This document shows, piece after piece, positions 51,074 to 60,985 of a DNA stretch of 64,000 nucleotides. Source of the DNA: Candidatus Kapaibacterium sp. (GTDB taxonomy: Bacteria > Bacteroidota > Ignavibacteria > Kapaibacteriales > UBA2268); contig OY762428.1 in assembly GCA_963665665.1 (NCBI GenBank), positions 3,968,001 to 4,032,000 of the forward strand, written 5' to 3'. Numbering within the stretch: the first letter of the stretch is position 1; each line of letters starts with the position of its first letter. The translations under genes and the position numbers were made by a program. A model generated the notes under the pieces. The model worked only from the letters and a program-made list of their open reading frames with translations, did not search any database and had not been told where the DNA came from.

Positions 51074-52423
51074 CTACAGTCCCATTATTAATATGGCTAT
51101 GTTGAAATATATGATCATACCTGTAACGTCGATAAATGTTGCTATGAAAGGGCTGGATATAACAGCAGGATCGAGTTTTAACTTTTCCAGGGCCATTGGC
51201 AGTAATGCGCCGATAAGATTAGCCCATATTACAAGTATAAGCATTGAAGAACTTATAACAATTGCCAGATTCATACTGTCTTTACCTTCAAAATACCCTC
51301 TGAAATAGGTAACACAACCTAAGGCCAAACCAAGTAACAGTCCGATAAATAATTCTTTTCGGAAAACTTTAAGCCAGTCATTGATTTCAATGTCGTTTGT
51401 TGCCAGGCTTCGGATTATCAGCGTTGAAGACTGTGTGCCGGTATTACCGGCAGTTCCTATCAGCATTGGAATGAAAAAAGTCAAGGCCACTACAGCTTCG
51501 ATTATTTCAGAGTAAACTGATATTACTGCTGCTGTTATAAAATTGGCTAAAAGCAAACCAAGAAGCCAGGGAAATCTTTTCGACCATAAACGCCATGATG
51601 ATGCGTTAAGATATGCCTGGTCAACGGGATTGATCGCTGATATTTTCTGAAAGTCCTCTGTGGCCTCTTCTTCAGATATATCCATGATATCATCGAAAGT
51701 AACTATACCAACAAGCTTTCCTTCCGAGTCAACAACGGGGAGGGCGGAAATATCATATTTTTCCATGGTGTGTACAGCTTCTTCCTGATCGTCGAAGGCT
51801 GAAAGGCTTACTACATTATAGTCAGCAATATCAGCTATTGTCTGCTTATCGTTAGCAAGAATAATGTTTCTAAGCAGTATATCATCAAGAAGCTTACCGG
51901 ATCTGTCAGTAACATATATTCTGTTTACGGTTTCACTATCTTTGCCGAACATTCTGATTTGATTCAAAGAATCCTTAATTGTCCATTCAGGGCGCACCGC
52001 AACAAAATCAGGAGTCATCAGCCTGCCAATACTTTCTTCGGGGTATCCGAGCAGCTCCCTGGCTTCTTTCAGATCCTCCGGACTAAGTAAATTTAAAAGC
52101 GACCTGGTTACTTTTGCAGGTAATTCCTCAAGCAGTGAAGTTCTGTCATCAGGATTCAGGTCGGCGAGAAGTTCTCTGGTTTCCTGATCAGTCATTTCAA
52201 TTAGAAGCACCTCCCGCTGTTCGTGCTCCATATAGGTGAAAACATCAGTAGCAAGGTCCCTGGGCAGGGCCCTGAAAAGTAGTACCCTGTTGTATTTATC
52301 GATATCAAGAACAAGGTCGGCAATTTCAGGAGCAGGCCATGAAGAAAGTATATCTTTAAGATCCATCCATTTATGATTGTGGATCAGCTCTTTTATCTCC
52401 GGTTTCAATAGTTCTTTCAGCAT
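51074..52423 (-). CDS. mgtE: Magnesium transporter MgtE
   Basis: MgtE N-domain, CBS pair, GNTGTQ and DPAVISSPFIATFID motifs; ATG 52423 preferred. Confidence 0.95.
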   Translation of the reverse strand: MLKELLKPEIKELIHNHKWMDLKDILSSWPAPEIADLVLDIDKYNRVLLFRALPRDLATDVFTYMEHEQREVLLIEMTDQETRELLADLNPDDRTSLLEELPAKVTRSLLNLLSPEDLKEARELLGYPEESIGRLMTPDFVAVRPEWTIKDSLNQIRMFGKDSETVNRIYVTDRSGKLLDDILLRNIILANDKQTIADIADYNVVSLSAFDDQEEAVHTMEKYDISALPVVDSEGKLVGIVTFDDIMDISEEEATEDFQKISAINPVDQAYLNASSWRLWSKRFPWLLGLLLANFITAAVISVYSEIIEAVVALTFFIPMLIGTAGNTGTQSSTLIIRSLATNDIEINDWLKVFRKELFIGLLLGLALGCVTYFRGYFEGKDSMNLAIVISSSMLILVIWANLIGALLPMALEKLKLDPAVISSPFIATFIDVTGMIIYFNIAILIMGL

Positions 52424-52564
52424 GACTTTCTCCGGTTTTTTCCATTCCTTTGCAAAAATATTATTGCAAATTAAGCATAATTCTCTATTTTTGCCTTGCA
52501 AATTTTGCGCAGCTGTTTGAAAACGGGTTTAGAAAATTATTTTCTTTGTGTGGAAAGATTTTTC

Positions 52565-52595
52565 TTGTTTTGTATTTAGAAAACTCTTATATTTG
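52565..52595 (+). promoter_or_regulatory. Bacteroidota-type promoter of rpsT
   Basis: TTG - 20 nt - TATATTTG. Confidence 0.6.
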
Positions 52596-52631
52596 AAATC
52601 TATGTTAAATACTAAATTTTATGGGTGTTAA

Positions 52632-52898
52632 ATGGCGCATCATAAGTCGGCAATAAAAAGAATAAAGCAATCAAATAAACGCAGAATTTATAACAGGCAG
52701 CACAAGAAAGCCGTTAAATATGCTATCAGAGACGTTCGTGAAGCTACAAATTTCGAAGTAGCCTGGGAAAAATTTAAATTAGCAACAAAAGTACTTGACA
52801 GGGCAGCAGCTCAGGGCGTTGTTCACAAAAACAATGCTGCACGGCGCAAATCACGCCTTGCTAAATTTGTTGGCAAACTCAGGAATGTTGAAGCATAA
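52632..52898 (+). CDS. rpsT: 30S ribosomal protein S20
   Basis: MAHHKSAIKR...HKNNAARRKSRL. Confidence 0.97.
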   Translation: MAHHKSAIKRIKQSNKRRIYNRQHKKAVKYAIRDVREATNFEVAWEKFKLATKVLDRAAAQGVVHKNNAARRKSRLAKFVGKLRNVEA

Positions 52899-52920
52899 TT
52901 CCTGATAATTAAAAATTTCT

Positions 52921-52994
52921 GCACCCGTGGCTCAACTGGATAGAGCACCTGACTACGGATCAGGAGGTTACAGGTTCGAATCCTGTCGGGTGTA
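52921..52994 (+). tRNA. tRNA-Arg(ACG), CCA not encoded; probable integration site
   Basis: Acceptor GCACCCG/CGGGTGT, D-arm GCTC/GAGC, anticodon arm CCTGA-CTACGGA-TCAGG, T-arm GGTTCGAATCC. Confidence 0.96.
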
Positions 52995-53004
52995 CGAAAT
53001 AAAT

Positions 53005-53037
53005 AAGCCGCTACAGTTAGTTCTGTAGCGGCTTTTT
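53005..53037 (+). terminator. Hairpin/terminator after tRNA
   Basis: AAGCCGCTACAG...CTGTAGCGGCTT + T-run. Confidence 0.8.
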
Positions 53038-53090
53038 GCGTTTTTTGATTTCGTTTTTTCTTCTTTTTTTCTTTGGCTAATTTTAACCAA

Positions 53091-53153
53091 TTCTACCTTT
53101 TTCTACTGTTTTCTACCGTTTTTAGTAGAACATTGGTAGAACATTAGTAGAAC
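53091..53153. repeat. Putative integrase arm-type/RDF sites: 3x TTCTAC facing 3x GTAGAAC
   Basis: TTCTAC at 53091, 53101, 53111; GTAGAAC at 53125, 53136, 53147. Confidence 0.65.
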
Positions 53154-53158
53154 GTTTT

Positions 53159-54229
53159 TTAAAACTTTTCCTCCAATATATCTTTCAATACATCAGTATA
53201 TTTCTTTGTGTACTTTCTGTATGTCAAATTTATATCGGTGTGCCGCATCAGATTTGCAGTGTTTTTTAATGACACCCCGGAATTAATTAATTTATTGCTG
53301 AATGTATTTCTCAGCCTGTGGAAGGATTCCCCAGGAACATAATACCCCAATTTCTTGCACACATTGTTAAATTTTTTTGTCAAATTTGATTTCGACACAG
53401 CCTCCCATTTAAATACCTTTTGTTTCTTAGCACCGTATCTTGATTGTGCAATCTGGTACTGCTCCAACAATAACTCACTTATATTTTTTGTAATAGGGAA
53501 AGTATCAATCACTTCCTTATTTATTTTATTTGGCACTTCGATAATCCCTGTTTCAAAATTTATGTCTGTAAACTTCATGTTAAGCGTTTCACTAATTCTA
53601 AATCCTGTCATATACATAAAACGTATAAGATTATTAAACTCTCTGTCCGGCCTGTAATTTGTTCCTTCCATTGTTTCCAGAAAATTAAATATATGTTCCA
53701 TTTCCTCATCAGAAAATGGCTCTTTGGGCTTATTCTGTACTTTTTTCATAAATTCATTACATATATTCGTTTTCTTGATATACTCTTCGCTAATACAATA
53801 ATTCACAAAAGTACGAATATGCCGCAATGCAGTGTTTTTCGATACAACCTGCATATCGGAATTCAATACAAAACTATTTATCATTTTTTCGAGTATTTTC
53901 TTTGATAATATTTCATCAGGTTTCTCAATAACCTTGCAATATGCCCAATCATAATTTCTCATCGTTTTCGGGGCCCGCCCCTTTGCTGTCTGCCTGTCCA
54001 TAAATTCCTGCCAGGCCTGTGCTATTGTTTTTTGCTTTGCCGCCGCGTCTTCAAACTGCCCGGTTATCTGTTGGCGGTAATACTCGTCCTTCAGCTTGTA
54101 AGCAAGCGCGTAACCCTGCTTGTCAGCATTCAGCCCTGTTTTATACCATTTATTAGATATTTTGATATACAGTTTGTTTCTTTTCTGTACTACGCTCCCC
54201 GGTGAACTTGCTCCGCGTTTCCTTGCCAT
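53159..54229 (-). CDS. Tyrosine recombinase/integrase
   Basis: Catalytic R (GFRISE), HRLR, H (MRHTD) and Y (KYT); ATG 54229 after AGGAGG. Confidence 0.93.
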   Translation of the reverse strand: MARKRGASSPGSVVQKRNKLYIKISNKWYKTGLNADKQGYALAYKLKDEYYRQQITGQFEDAAAKQKTIAQAWQEFMDRQTAKGRAPKTMRNYDWAYCKVIEKPDEILSKKILEKMINSFVLNSDMQVVSKNTALRHIRTFVNYCISEEYIKKTNICNEFMKKVQNKPKEPFSDEEMEHIFNFLETMEGTNYRPDREFNNLIRFMYMTGFRISETLNMKFTDINFETGIIEVPNKINKEVIDTFPITKNISELLLEQYQIAQSRYGAKKQKVFKWEAVSKSNLTKKFNNVCKKLGYYVPGESFHRLRNTFSNKLINSGVSLKNTANLMRHTDINLTYRKYTKKYTDVLKDILEEKF

Positions 54230-54615
54230 TGTGCCCTCCTGTTTTGAAAATAAATTGCGACACCGTTTTTTTGATGCTATAATCAAAGCCAGAATCAATT
54301 TCAATCCAAGTTCTCTTAAGCTCTTCAGCCCAAAATTATGAAGTGAAATGTTGATATTTTTTAATTATTCAATAAATCTATGTTACAATTAACATAGTTG
54401 TTTGAATACATATTTCCAAATTTATCTTTGCAAAAAAAATATTAAAATCAGATTAAAATTTTTAAGTCTAAAAATCACAATTAATTGAATTTTATAGAAT
54501 CCTCTCCCTTGCCTTTTTCAAGAATATTAACGATATTGAAGCTGAATGTTCGTTAGGGAAAATTTCGCTTTTAGCTTGTACAAAATTGATAGTTCCATTT
54601 TTTTTGACTTTTATT

Positions 54616-55071
54616 ATGCAAAAAGATAACAAAACTTATAGTATCACTGATCTGGTCGAAGCTTACAGGCAATTTATTAGGTATCAGAATAACGAGAACT
54701 TCCAGTATCATGTTGAAAATTATCGGGCAATGAGCAAAGCTTTTGGGATATTCTTTGAAAATAAAATACCTGACAGGGTATTGGAAGATTACAGAAATTG
54801 GTTTGAAAGATCAATCATGGACAGCCTGAAAAGCCTCAGCCCTTTCAATGGTCTTCTGGAAGCTCCGAAGCATATTATCAAGCTTTTCAAATCCCAAGGT
54901 GGTCACTTCAAGCAAATTGAAGATGATTTTATGATTGCACACAGAAATTTTCAAATACACCTGGTAGAATTGATGTTTGGAAAAGTTGAAAAATCTGTAA
55001 CCTCGGATGACCTGCTGGAAAATGGTTTTGATGACAGACGTGAAGCTCCTGATCCATTTGATTATTCGTAG
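54616..55071 (+). CDS. Hypothetical protein
   Basis: Clean ORF downstream of promoter-like repeat; no recognised motif. Confidence 0.7.
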   Translation: MQKDNKTYSITDLVEAYRQFIRYQNNENFQYHVENYRAMSKAFGIFFENKIPDRVLEDYRNWFERSIMDSLKSLSPFNGLLEAPKHIIKLFKSQGGHFKQIEDDFMIAHRNFQIHLVELMFGKVEKSVTSDDLLENGFDDRREAPDPFDYS

Positions 55072-55088
55072 AATTGTAGTACATTCGA

Positions 55089-55140
55089 TTTTCTTTACCC
55101 CAAGTTAAAAAATTACTGTCATTTCTAAAATATCGGTACA
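55089..55140. repeat. Repeat family R, copy 1 (copy 2 at 58568-58619)
   Basis: 32-bp exact TTTTCTTTACCCCAAGTTAAAAAATTACTGTC plus about 20 bp similar extension. Confidence 0.9.
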
Positions 55141-55327
55141 ACAATAACCATTCAGTCGGTAAACTTTGAATGTTTTATGCGCTAAACAAAAATGAAAACT
55201 GTTTGTAGGAAAATATTTGTTCAGATCATTGAATTAAGCTCCCAATTGACTGATTTGTTATTTTGAAATAAATTCGTATATTAAATTGTTATTTCTACTT
55301 CTTTTGTTTGAAAAATCAGGTGCCATT

Positions 55328-56455
55328 ATGAAGAGGTTCATACCATTTTTATTTATTTCCATTTTAACTTTAATTGAAGTTCAAGCTCAATGTGTTGAAG
55401 GAGATTGTCAGGACGGCTATGGTGTTTTAAATACTCAGGGTGAAATTTATAAAGGAGAATTTAAGAACGGAAAGATGAATGGCAAAGGCAAATATATCTG
55501 GCCTAATGGAAATTATTTAGAAGGAATATTTGTTGACGATTATCTTGAAGGCCTTGGATATAGTTATTATGCATCTGATAGTACACTATACAAGGGGATG
55601 TTCCATAAAGACAAATTGCAGGACGGACATGTTGTAGTTTTTCGGAATGGAGATACAGTCTATGTAGGGGATATGGTTAATTCTAAATACAATGGTAAAG
55701 GAAAAATATTTCTACCGAATGGAGATATTTATCAGGGTGATTGGAAGAATGATAAAATGGATGGAAATGGTACATATTTTTATAAAAATGGGAATTATTA
55801 TACTGGCGGGTTTCGAGACAATTTGTTTCATGGCAAGGGAAAATGCTTGAATGGAAGTGTTCTTTACGATGGCGATTGGGTCAATGATGTTATTGATGGA
55901 GATGGAATTTATATTTATCAAAATGGTGATAAATATGAAGGAGGATGCTATAAATGGATGAAACATGGAAGGGGAACTTTGACATATAAAAGTGGTGGAA
56001 AAATGATCGGCCAATGGGAATTAGATGTTTTTGTAACCGGAAACGAAATTGATAAATATCAGACAAGTGTCGTTTTTTTGGAACATTCTGAATCCGGAAT
56101 TTATTTTATTCCGGTAAAGCTCAATGACAAAATTGAAATTAATATGATATTGGATACAGGCGCTTCAGAATTGTTTTTAACTCCTGATATTGTTCTAACT
56201 TTGATCAGAACCGGAACCTTAACAGAAGATGATATTATGGAAGGTGGTACATTTACTGATGCCAATGGTGATTTAAACTATCATGTTCGGTTCAATATTA
56301 AAAGTGTTAAAATCGGAGATTTTACTTTTGATAATGTTTCTGCTGCAATAGCTAACCAGGTAATGGCATCAAACCTATTAGGCCAAAATGTATTAAATCA
56401 ACTAAAAAGGTTTACATTTGATTATGTCACTGCTACTATGATTTTGTATCGGTAA
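55328..56455 (+). CDS. Secreted MORN-repeat protein with C-terminal retropepsin-like aspartyl protease
   Basis: Signal peptide, CVEGDC, repeated YxGxFKNGKMNGKG units, LDTGAS and LLGQNVL motifs. Confidence 0.88.
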   Translation: MKRFIPFLFISILTLIEVQAQCVEGDCQDGYGVLNTQGEIYKGEFKNGKMNGKGKYIWPNGNYLEGIFVDDYLEGLGYSYYASDSTLYKGMFHKDKLQDGHVVVFRNGDTVYVGDMVNSKYNGKGKIFLPNGDIYQGDWKNDKMDGNGTYFYKNGNYYTGGFRDNLFHGKGKCLNGSVLYDGDWVNDVIDGDGIYIYQNGDKYEGGCYKWMKHGRGTLTYKSGGKMIGQWELDVFVTGNEIDKYQTSVVFLEHSESGIYFIPVKLNDKIEINMILDTGASELFLTPDIVLTLIRTGTLTEDDIMEGGTFTDANGDLNYHVRFNIKSVKIGDFTFDNVSAAIANQVMASNLLGQNVLNQLKRFTFDYVTATMILYR

Positions 56456-56518
56456 AAAATTTGACAAATTCAGATACTATTTCAATATAAAAAATTGTTC
56501 ACATTATTGGGGTTAATT

Positions 56519-57688
56519 ATGCAGGATGATACTTATTCAGAACTCGAATTAAGAATTAAAAGTATTGAGAAGAAACAGAAAAGAAGCAAATTTACAAATC
56601 TATTCCTGTTACTAATAATCATATCCGGGTTAATGTATGGTTTCCAAATTACCCAAAAATTTAAAACACTGGAAGTTGAAAAACTAGTTTTAATTGACAG
56701 TCTTGGTAAACAAAGAGTTGTAATGATGATTGATGAAAAATTTGATCCTAAGTACCAAATGTTTAATAAGAATGGAGATGAAGTATTTGATTTAAGTTTG
56801 GTAAGAGATAAGGCTAATATAAATATGCGTTTTATCGATTCAAATAAAAACGAATCAGTATTATTGTTAAATTCAACTGAATGCATATTAAAAAATGATA
56901 CTAATTGTGCCATTCATTTAACAACTGAATATGATTTAAGTCCTTATATTTTTATTTATCGTAAGGATAATTCTGGTTCAAGTTTCTCATCCGATATAAA
57001 AGCATCATCTATACAAATGGTACATGCCAAAAACGGAGAATCAAACAATTATATCTACATTAAAAATTTTGGTGAAGGTGATTCTCTTGGAATAAAAATT
57101 TCAAAACATTCCTCCGAAAGAGATAGTATGTTTGCGGAAGCCATTGAAGTTAAAATTGAAAACTTTGGCCCTCAAATCCATATGTACGACTATAATAAAA
57201 CTACTTTAAAGTACAGATACCGTCAATTGTTAACCAACTATGGAAATAAATGTGTTTGTAGTCTCGATAGTACTAAATTGGTTTTTGGATATGATTGGTC
57301 AGATTCTTGGAGAAGTAGATTGGTTCATACCCAACCGGGTATGAGAATTTACGATAGAATTAATTCATTGCGCTATATGTCAGGTATTACATATGATAAA
57401 AATATGGTCTATACATCTTACTATGGTAAATCATCTTCTGATATAACTATTATTGGCAATCTTCAAAACAATGGTTTTTTGGATTTTTATAAAAATGATC
57501 GTACGAGAATATCTTTGAACTTTACAGATTATGGCGTACCAAGTATATCTATGTTTGACTATTATGGTAATATTCGATTAAACCTTGGAGGAATTAAAAC
57601 CACAAGAAATGGCAGGTCAATTAATAATTACGAATCTTCAATATTTCTATTTAATGAAAAAGGAAATGGACTTTTTTCAGCCCCGTAA
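56519..57688 (+). CDS. Hypothetical membrane-anchored beta-rich protein
   Basis: Short coiled coil, single TM, recurring (D/N)xxGxxR-type beta motifs. Confidence 0.7.
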   Translation: MQDDTYSELELRIKSIEKKQKRSKFTNLFLLLIIISGLMYGFQITQKFKTLEVEKLVLIDSLGKQRVVMMIDEKFDPKYQMFNKNGDEVFDLSLVRDKANINMRFIDSNKNESVLLLNSTECILKNDTNCAIHLTTEYDLSPYIFIYRKDNSGSSFSSDIKASSIQMVHAKNGESNNYIYIKNFGEGDSLGIKISKHSSERDSMFAEAIEVKIENFGPQIHMYDYNKTTLKYRYRQLLTNYGNKCVCSLDSTKLVFGYDWSDSWRSRLVHTQPGMRIYDRINSLRYMSGITYDKNMVYTSYYGKSSSDITIIGNLQNNGFLDFYKNDRTRISLNFTDYGVPSISMFDYYGNIRLNLGGIKTTRNGRSINNYESSIFLFNEKGNGLFSAP

Positions 57689-57704
57689 TAAAGAAAGCAA
57701 ATAA

Positions 57705-58454
57705 ATGAAAATAGAAGAAATAAATAAAATGATCGAAGAAAAGAAAAAATCTGAAACGTTAATGTATTTTAGTGAAATTGATAATGCAGTTGATTCCTTA
57801 GAAACAGCTGTTTTTTTAATTGACAGAGATGATTCCGGCAAGTGGAAATGGGTATCTTTGTGTATTTATCATTCTCTGTATAATTTTTGCATTGCTTCAC
57901 TAACAAATGGATTTTCCGGGAATGTTCTTCAAGATAAAAGAGGTAAAATATTTTATTCTCGTGATGAAGTTAATTGGAAAAAGGCAGTATGGAAAAAAAT
58001 TGATGGTACAACGTTTGGAAGAATACAATGGAATGATGTAACGGATAAGTCGGAACTACCGAAGATCGATAATAATATTCCAAATACTGATGAAGTGTTT
58101 TACGAATATGAAAAGAATGATTTGATTTCTTTTCAATGTGCCTTGTCCCGAGTAATGGATCAGGAATACTGGATGGGAAGGTATTATGATCAAAAAGGAC
58201 TCAAATTATCCGATGAGGAAATTAAAGATATTGATAAAATTCATAAACTTAGGAATGATTTTATTCATTTTAAACCCAAACTGGTAATATATGATATTGA
58301 AACAATAAAAAAGAAATTAGAAATTTATTTGAAAGCTATAACATTTCTCGTTTTTGATTCTAATTCAATATTGGAAATTGGAGAAAAACCTTTTAGAGAC
58401 AGAGTTGAGGAATTATTACATAAACTGAGTATAGAACTTGATATTCAGAACTGA
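57705..58454 (+). CDS. Hypothetical protein with HEPN-like Rx4H motif
   Basis: LRNDFIHFKP near C-terminus in a helical protein. Confidence 0.6.
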   Translation: MKIEEINKMIEEKKKSETLMYFSEIDNAVDSLETAVFLIDRDDSGKWKWVSLCIYHSLYNFCIASLTNGFSGNVLQDKRGKIFYSRDEVNWKKAVWKKIDGTTFGRIQWNDVTDKSELPKIDNNIPNTDEVFYEYEKNDLISFQCALSRVMDQEYWMGRYYDQKGLKLSDEEIKDIDKIHKLRNDFIHFKPKLVIYDIETIKKKLEIYLKAITFLVFDSNSILEIGEKPFRDRVEELLHKLSIELDIQN

Positions 58455-58567
58455 AATTTCGATTCGTTAGTTTGGTCAGAAAAAAAAAACCGGTAGCTTG
58501 TCACTGCCGGGGTTTTCGACTATCAGGCCAATGCTCTGTTTTTAAAAATCCAAGAAGAAACCACAGG

Positions 58568-58619
58568 TTTTCTTTACCCCAAGTTAAAAAATTACTGTCT
58601 TTTCAAGAATACTGGTACA
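58568..58619. repeat. Repeat family R, copy 2; reads as a minus-strand promoter
   Basis: Minus strand: CTTGAAAAGACAGTAATTTTTTAACTTGGGG. Confidence 0.85.
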
Positions 58620-58820
58620 CTAACAACTGTTTATCGGTACACACGACTGCTGGTTGTGCAACAGGTGGTTGGCAACTCAGCTAACTATATAAATCACATC
58701 TGACTCCTGTTAGTAATTATATTCAAAAATATTACGGCTTTTCTGCTCGATGTATTAAAGATTGAACTTTATAGAAACATCACCTTTTTTAACATACAAT
58801 ACCAGTACAATAAATTATAC

Positions 58821-58848
58821 AAAAAAGCCGGGAATTTCTTCCCGGCTT
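58821..58848 (-). terminator. Terminator for minus-strand HTH gene
   Basis: A-run then GCCGGGAA...TTCCCGGC. Confidence 0.75.
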
Positions 58849-59060
58849 GCTAAGGAACGCATGGCAAAGCAAAAACCAATAGAAAATAAGGAGCTAAAGA
58901 AGCTATTCTGAGTACATTATGCCATGATATTCCGTGAAATTTCAGTGAAAACGGCGTAGCAGTGCGATTTTCGCGCAACTTTTCAGCAACTTTTTGTTGA
59001 TTATCTGCAACAAAGAGCACTGCGTCGCAACTTTTATCAACTTTCTGCAACATTCTGCAA

Positions 59061-60041
59061 TTATTCGCCTGTTGCATCCGTTTTACCGGAACTATCTGCA
59101 ACAAACGAGTCTAAATCATCATCAAAGTCATCCAAATCGGGCAAATCAGGATAAGTTGCATAGTCAACAGGCTCGGGTTGCTGATAGTTTGCCTGTTGTT
59201 GCATTGGCGTTGCAGCCTGTTGCTGTTTGGCAGCGAACATATTCGAAAATGTATTGACAAGTTTCGGCGCGATGCTCGGCCCGATGTTCTCGCCCAGGCT
59301 TTTAAGCAACTCGGACACACCCGGTTTGTCGAGCAGGCCGGAAAGTCCGCCGCTTTCTTTATCTGAGTTCTTACGCAGTTCTGCAATTACCCTGTCGATT
59401 TCTAATTGGATTTCGTCGCCGAATTCAATTATCCTGTTCTCAACCATCTCAGTAATCAAATTCCGGATTTCTTCCTTATTAGTTTTCAGCTTTTCATCCA
59501 TTACAATTTCAAGGTTAAAAGCCTGATCCTGAATTTTACCGTTAATATTATTCTGGAAGTTCTCGAACAGGTATTTCATGTGGTCAACCTCGCGGATAAC
59601 CTGCATATTCTTCAGCCTTTCGTCCTGAAGCTCCTGCGTCAGGTTATAATTTCGGCTTTCCAGCTTATCCATCTTACTTTCTCCCTTACGCACTTCATTT
59701 GTCAGGTATCGTGTATATTCATCGTCGTTTAATTGTTCCATCGGATTTTCCTTAGTTTTTGAGGCAGGTTTCAGTTGTTTCTCGTATTCCATTGTCTGCT
59801 TAATTCTGTTAATCGCGTCAGGGGCGTACTCGGCAGCTCCTCCGGTTTCGGTAAGGCCCTGCACGAAGTTCTGCACAATGTTTGCCGGAACCAGTTCCTG
59901 CTTTTTTCGTTCCATTCTGGAAATCTGACTTTTACTGCTCATGTTAAGAAGCCGTGCAGCATTTTCCTGGCTAAGCCCGAAATATTCCCTCAGCCGTCGG
60001 AATTCTTCTCCTGTCAGTGGAGGTAGGTTGTCGTGAAACAT
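59061..60041 (-). CDS. XRE-family HTH protein with coiled coil and Q/D-rich tail
   Basis: FRRLREYFGLSQENAARLLNMS..QISRMER; heptad-rich middle; acidic C-terminus. Confidence 0.8.
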   Translation of the reverse strand: MFHDNLPPLTGEEFRRLREYFGLSQENAARLLNMSSKSQISRMERKKQELVPANIVQNFVQGLTETGGAAEYAPDAINRIKQTMEYEKQLKPASKTKENPMEQLNDDEYTRYLTNEVRKGESKMDKLESRNYNLTQELQDERLKNMQVIREVDHMKYLFENFQNNINGKIQDQAFNLEIVMDEKLKTNKEEIRNLITEMVENRIIEFGDEIQLEIDRVIAELRKNSDKESGGLSGLLDKPGVSELLKSLGENIGPSIAPKLVNTFSNMFAAKQQQAATPMQQQANYQQPEPVDYATYPDLPDLDDFDDDLDSFVADSSGKTDATGE

Positions 60042-60303
60042 AATTTGTCTTTCTATTATTAATTATATGTTCGTGTTTCATGTTTGATTGAAGCTATTCA
60101 TGAATATAATTATCTTATAGTTAGTAATAAAATAATTTATATTCGTTTTAAAAATTCTGCCTTCATAATCGCTCTCAGAGCCATTTTAGCCGCAGTCTTC
60201 GATTAAAACCATAGCCCTGCATCCAAATCATCACAATGGTTAAATACGGCGCTAATTCCAAGTCCGGCAGTAATTTCCCCGATTATATCCCCAAATATGG
60301 CTT

Positions 60304-60690
60304 TCATAGTTCCTCCTGGGCATTCGGGAACAACTTCGGGGCATTTTCGAGGAAACGGAAAAGCTCGTCCGTGAGTTCTTTCAGGATTTCATCACTAATC
60401 TTGAATTCATTCATGCAGGCAAACGCCAACATAAGAAAATCCTGAAGATAGCTGCGATAGAAATCAGGGCTGGCAAGAACGTCGTGCTCCATGCTCAGGC
60501 GTTTTGTTTCGTGCTGCTTTCTAAGCATATCGGCAAGGTGGTCAATGGCCTCTTTTTCCGGTGCAAGAGGGAAAAGTATTGCTGCCGGTAAATTATTTTT
60601 CGTCAGGCAGGCAAAACCCAGCTTTTCACTCACCCTTACGAGCTGTGAAATTCCCATTTTCGAGGCTTCGTTCATTGCGAAATTTTGCAT
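60304..60690 (-). CDS. Hypothetical protein with Phd/YefM-like N-terminus
   Basis: ISQLVR...CLTKNNLPAAILFPL resembles the Phd ITxxGxPxAVL motif. Confidence 0.55.
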   Translation of the reverse strand: MQNFAMNEASKMGISQLVRVSEKLGFACLTKNNLPAAILFPLAPEKEAIDHLADMLRKQHETKRLSMEHDVLASPDFYRSYLQDFLMLAFACMNEFKISDEILKELTDELFRFLENAPKLFPNAQEEL

Positions 60691-60827
60691 AATGGTCTAA
60701 CCTTGTTTATTATTGTAAAATACTGTTAAGCCCATAAAAAACAATGGCTTATAGTTATAATATACGAAAAATATTTCAATATATTTCAATGTATATGAAA
60801 ATTTATTTTAAGATTTGTATATTCCTT

Positions 60828-60964
60828 CCCTTGCCTTTTTCAAGAAAATTTGCGATATTGGGAATTGAATGCTCGCGGGGGAGTATTCCGGCAATGGCAG
60901 AGCGAAGGGTAGGAAAAATTTAATCAAAGCGGCAGTCAAAACTGACTGGTGTTTTTCGTGGTTT
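60828..60964 (+). repeat. Repeat family P, copy 1 (promoter-like + structured RNA + terminator-like hairpin)
   Basis: 60845-60964 matches 62000-62119 at 116/120; partial copy at 54506-54552. Confidence 0.92.
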
Positions 60965-60985
60965 GATATTTATGAAAGGGTTATT

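Noticed and set aside
58510-58530. Hammerhead ribozyme (minus-strand CTGATAGTCGAAA)
   Set aside because: The core should be CUGANGA plus stem II before GAAA; neither is present.
60860-60912. HDV-like/theta ribozyme in repeat P (GCGAAGGGT)
   Set aside because: I could not build the nested P1/P1.1/P2/P3 pseudoknot.
60869-60985. N-terminal extension of the lipoprotein ORF
   Set aside because: It lies within repeat P and would bury the signal peptide; start 60986 is preferred.
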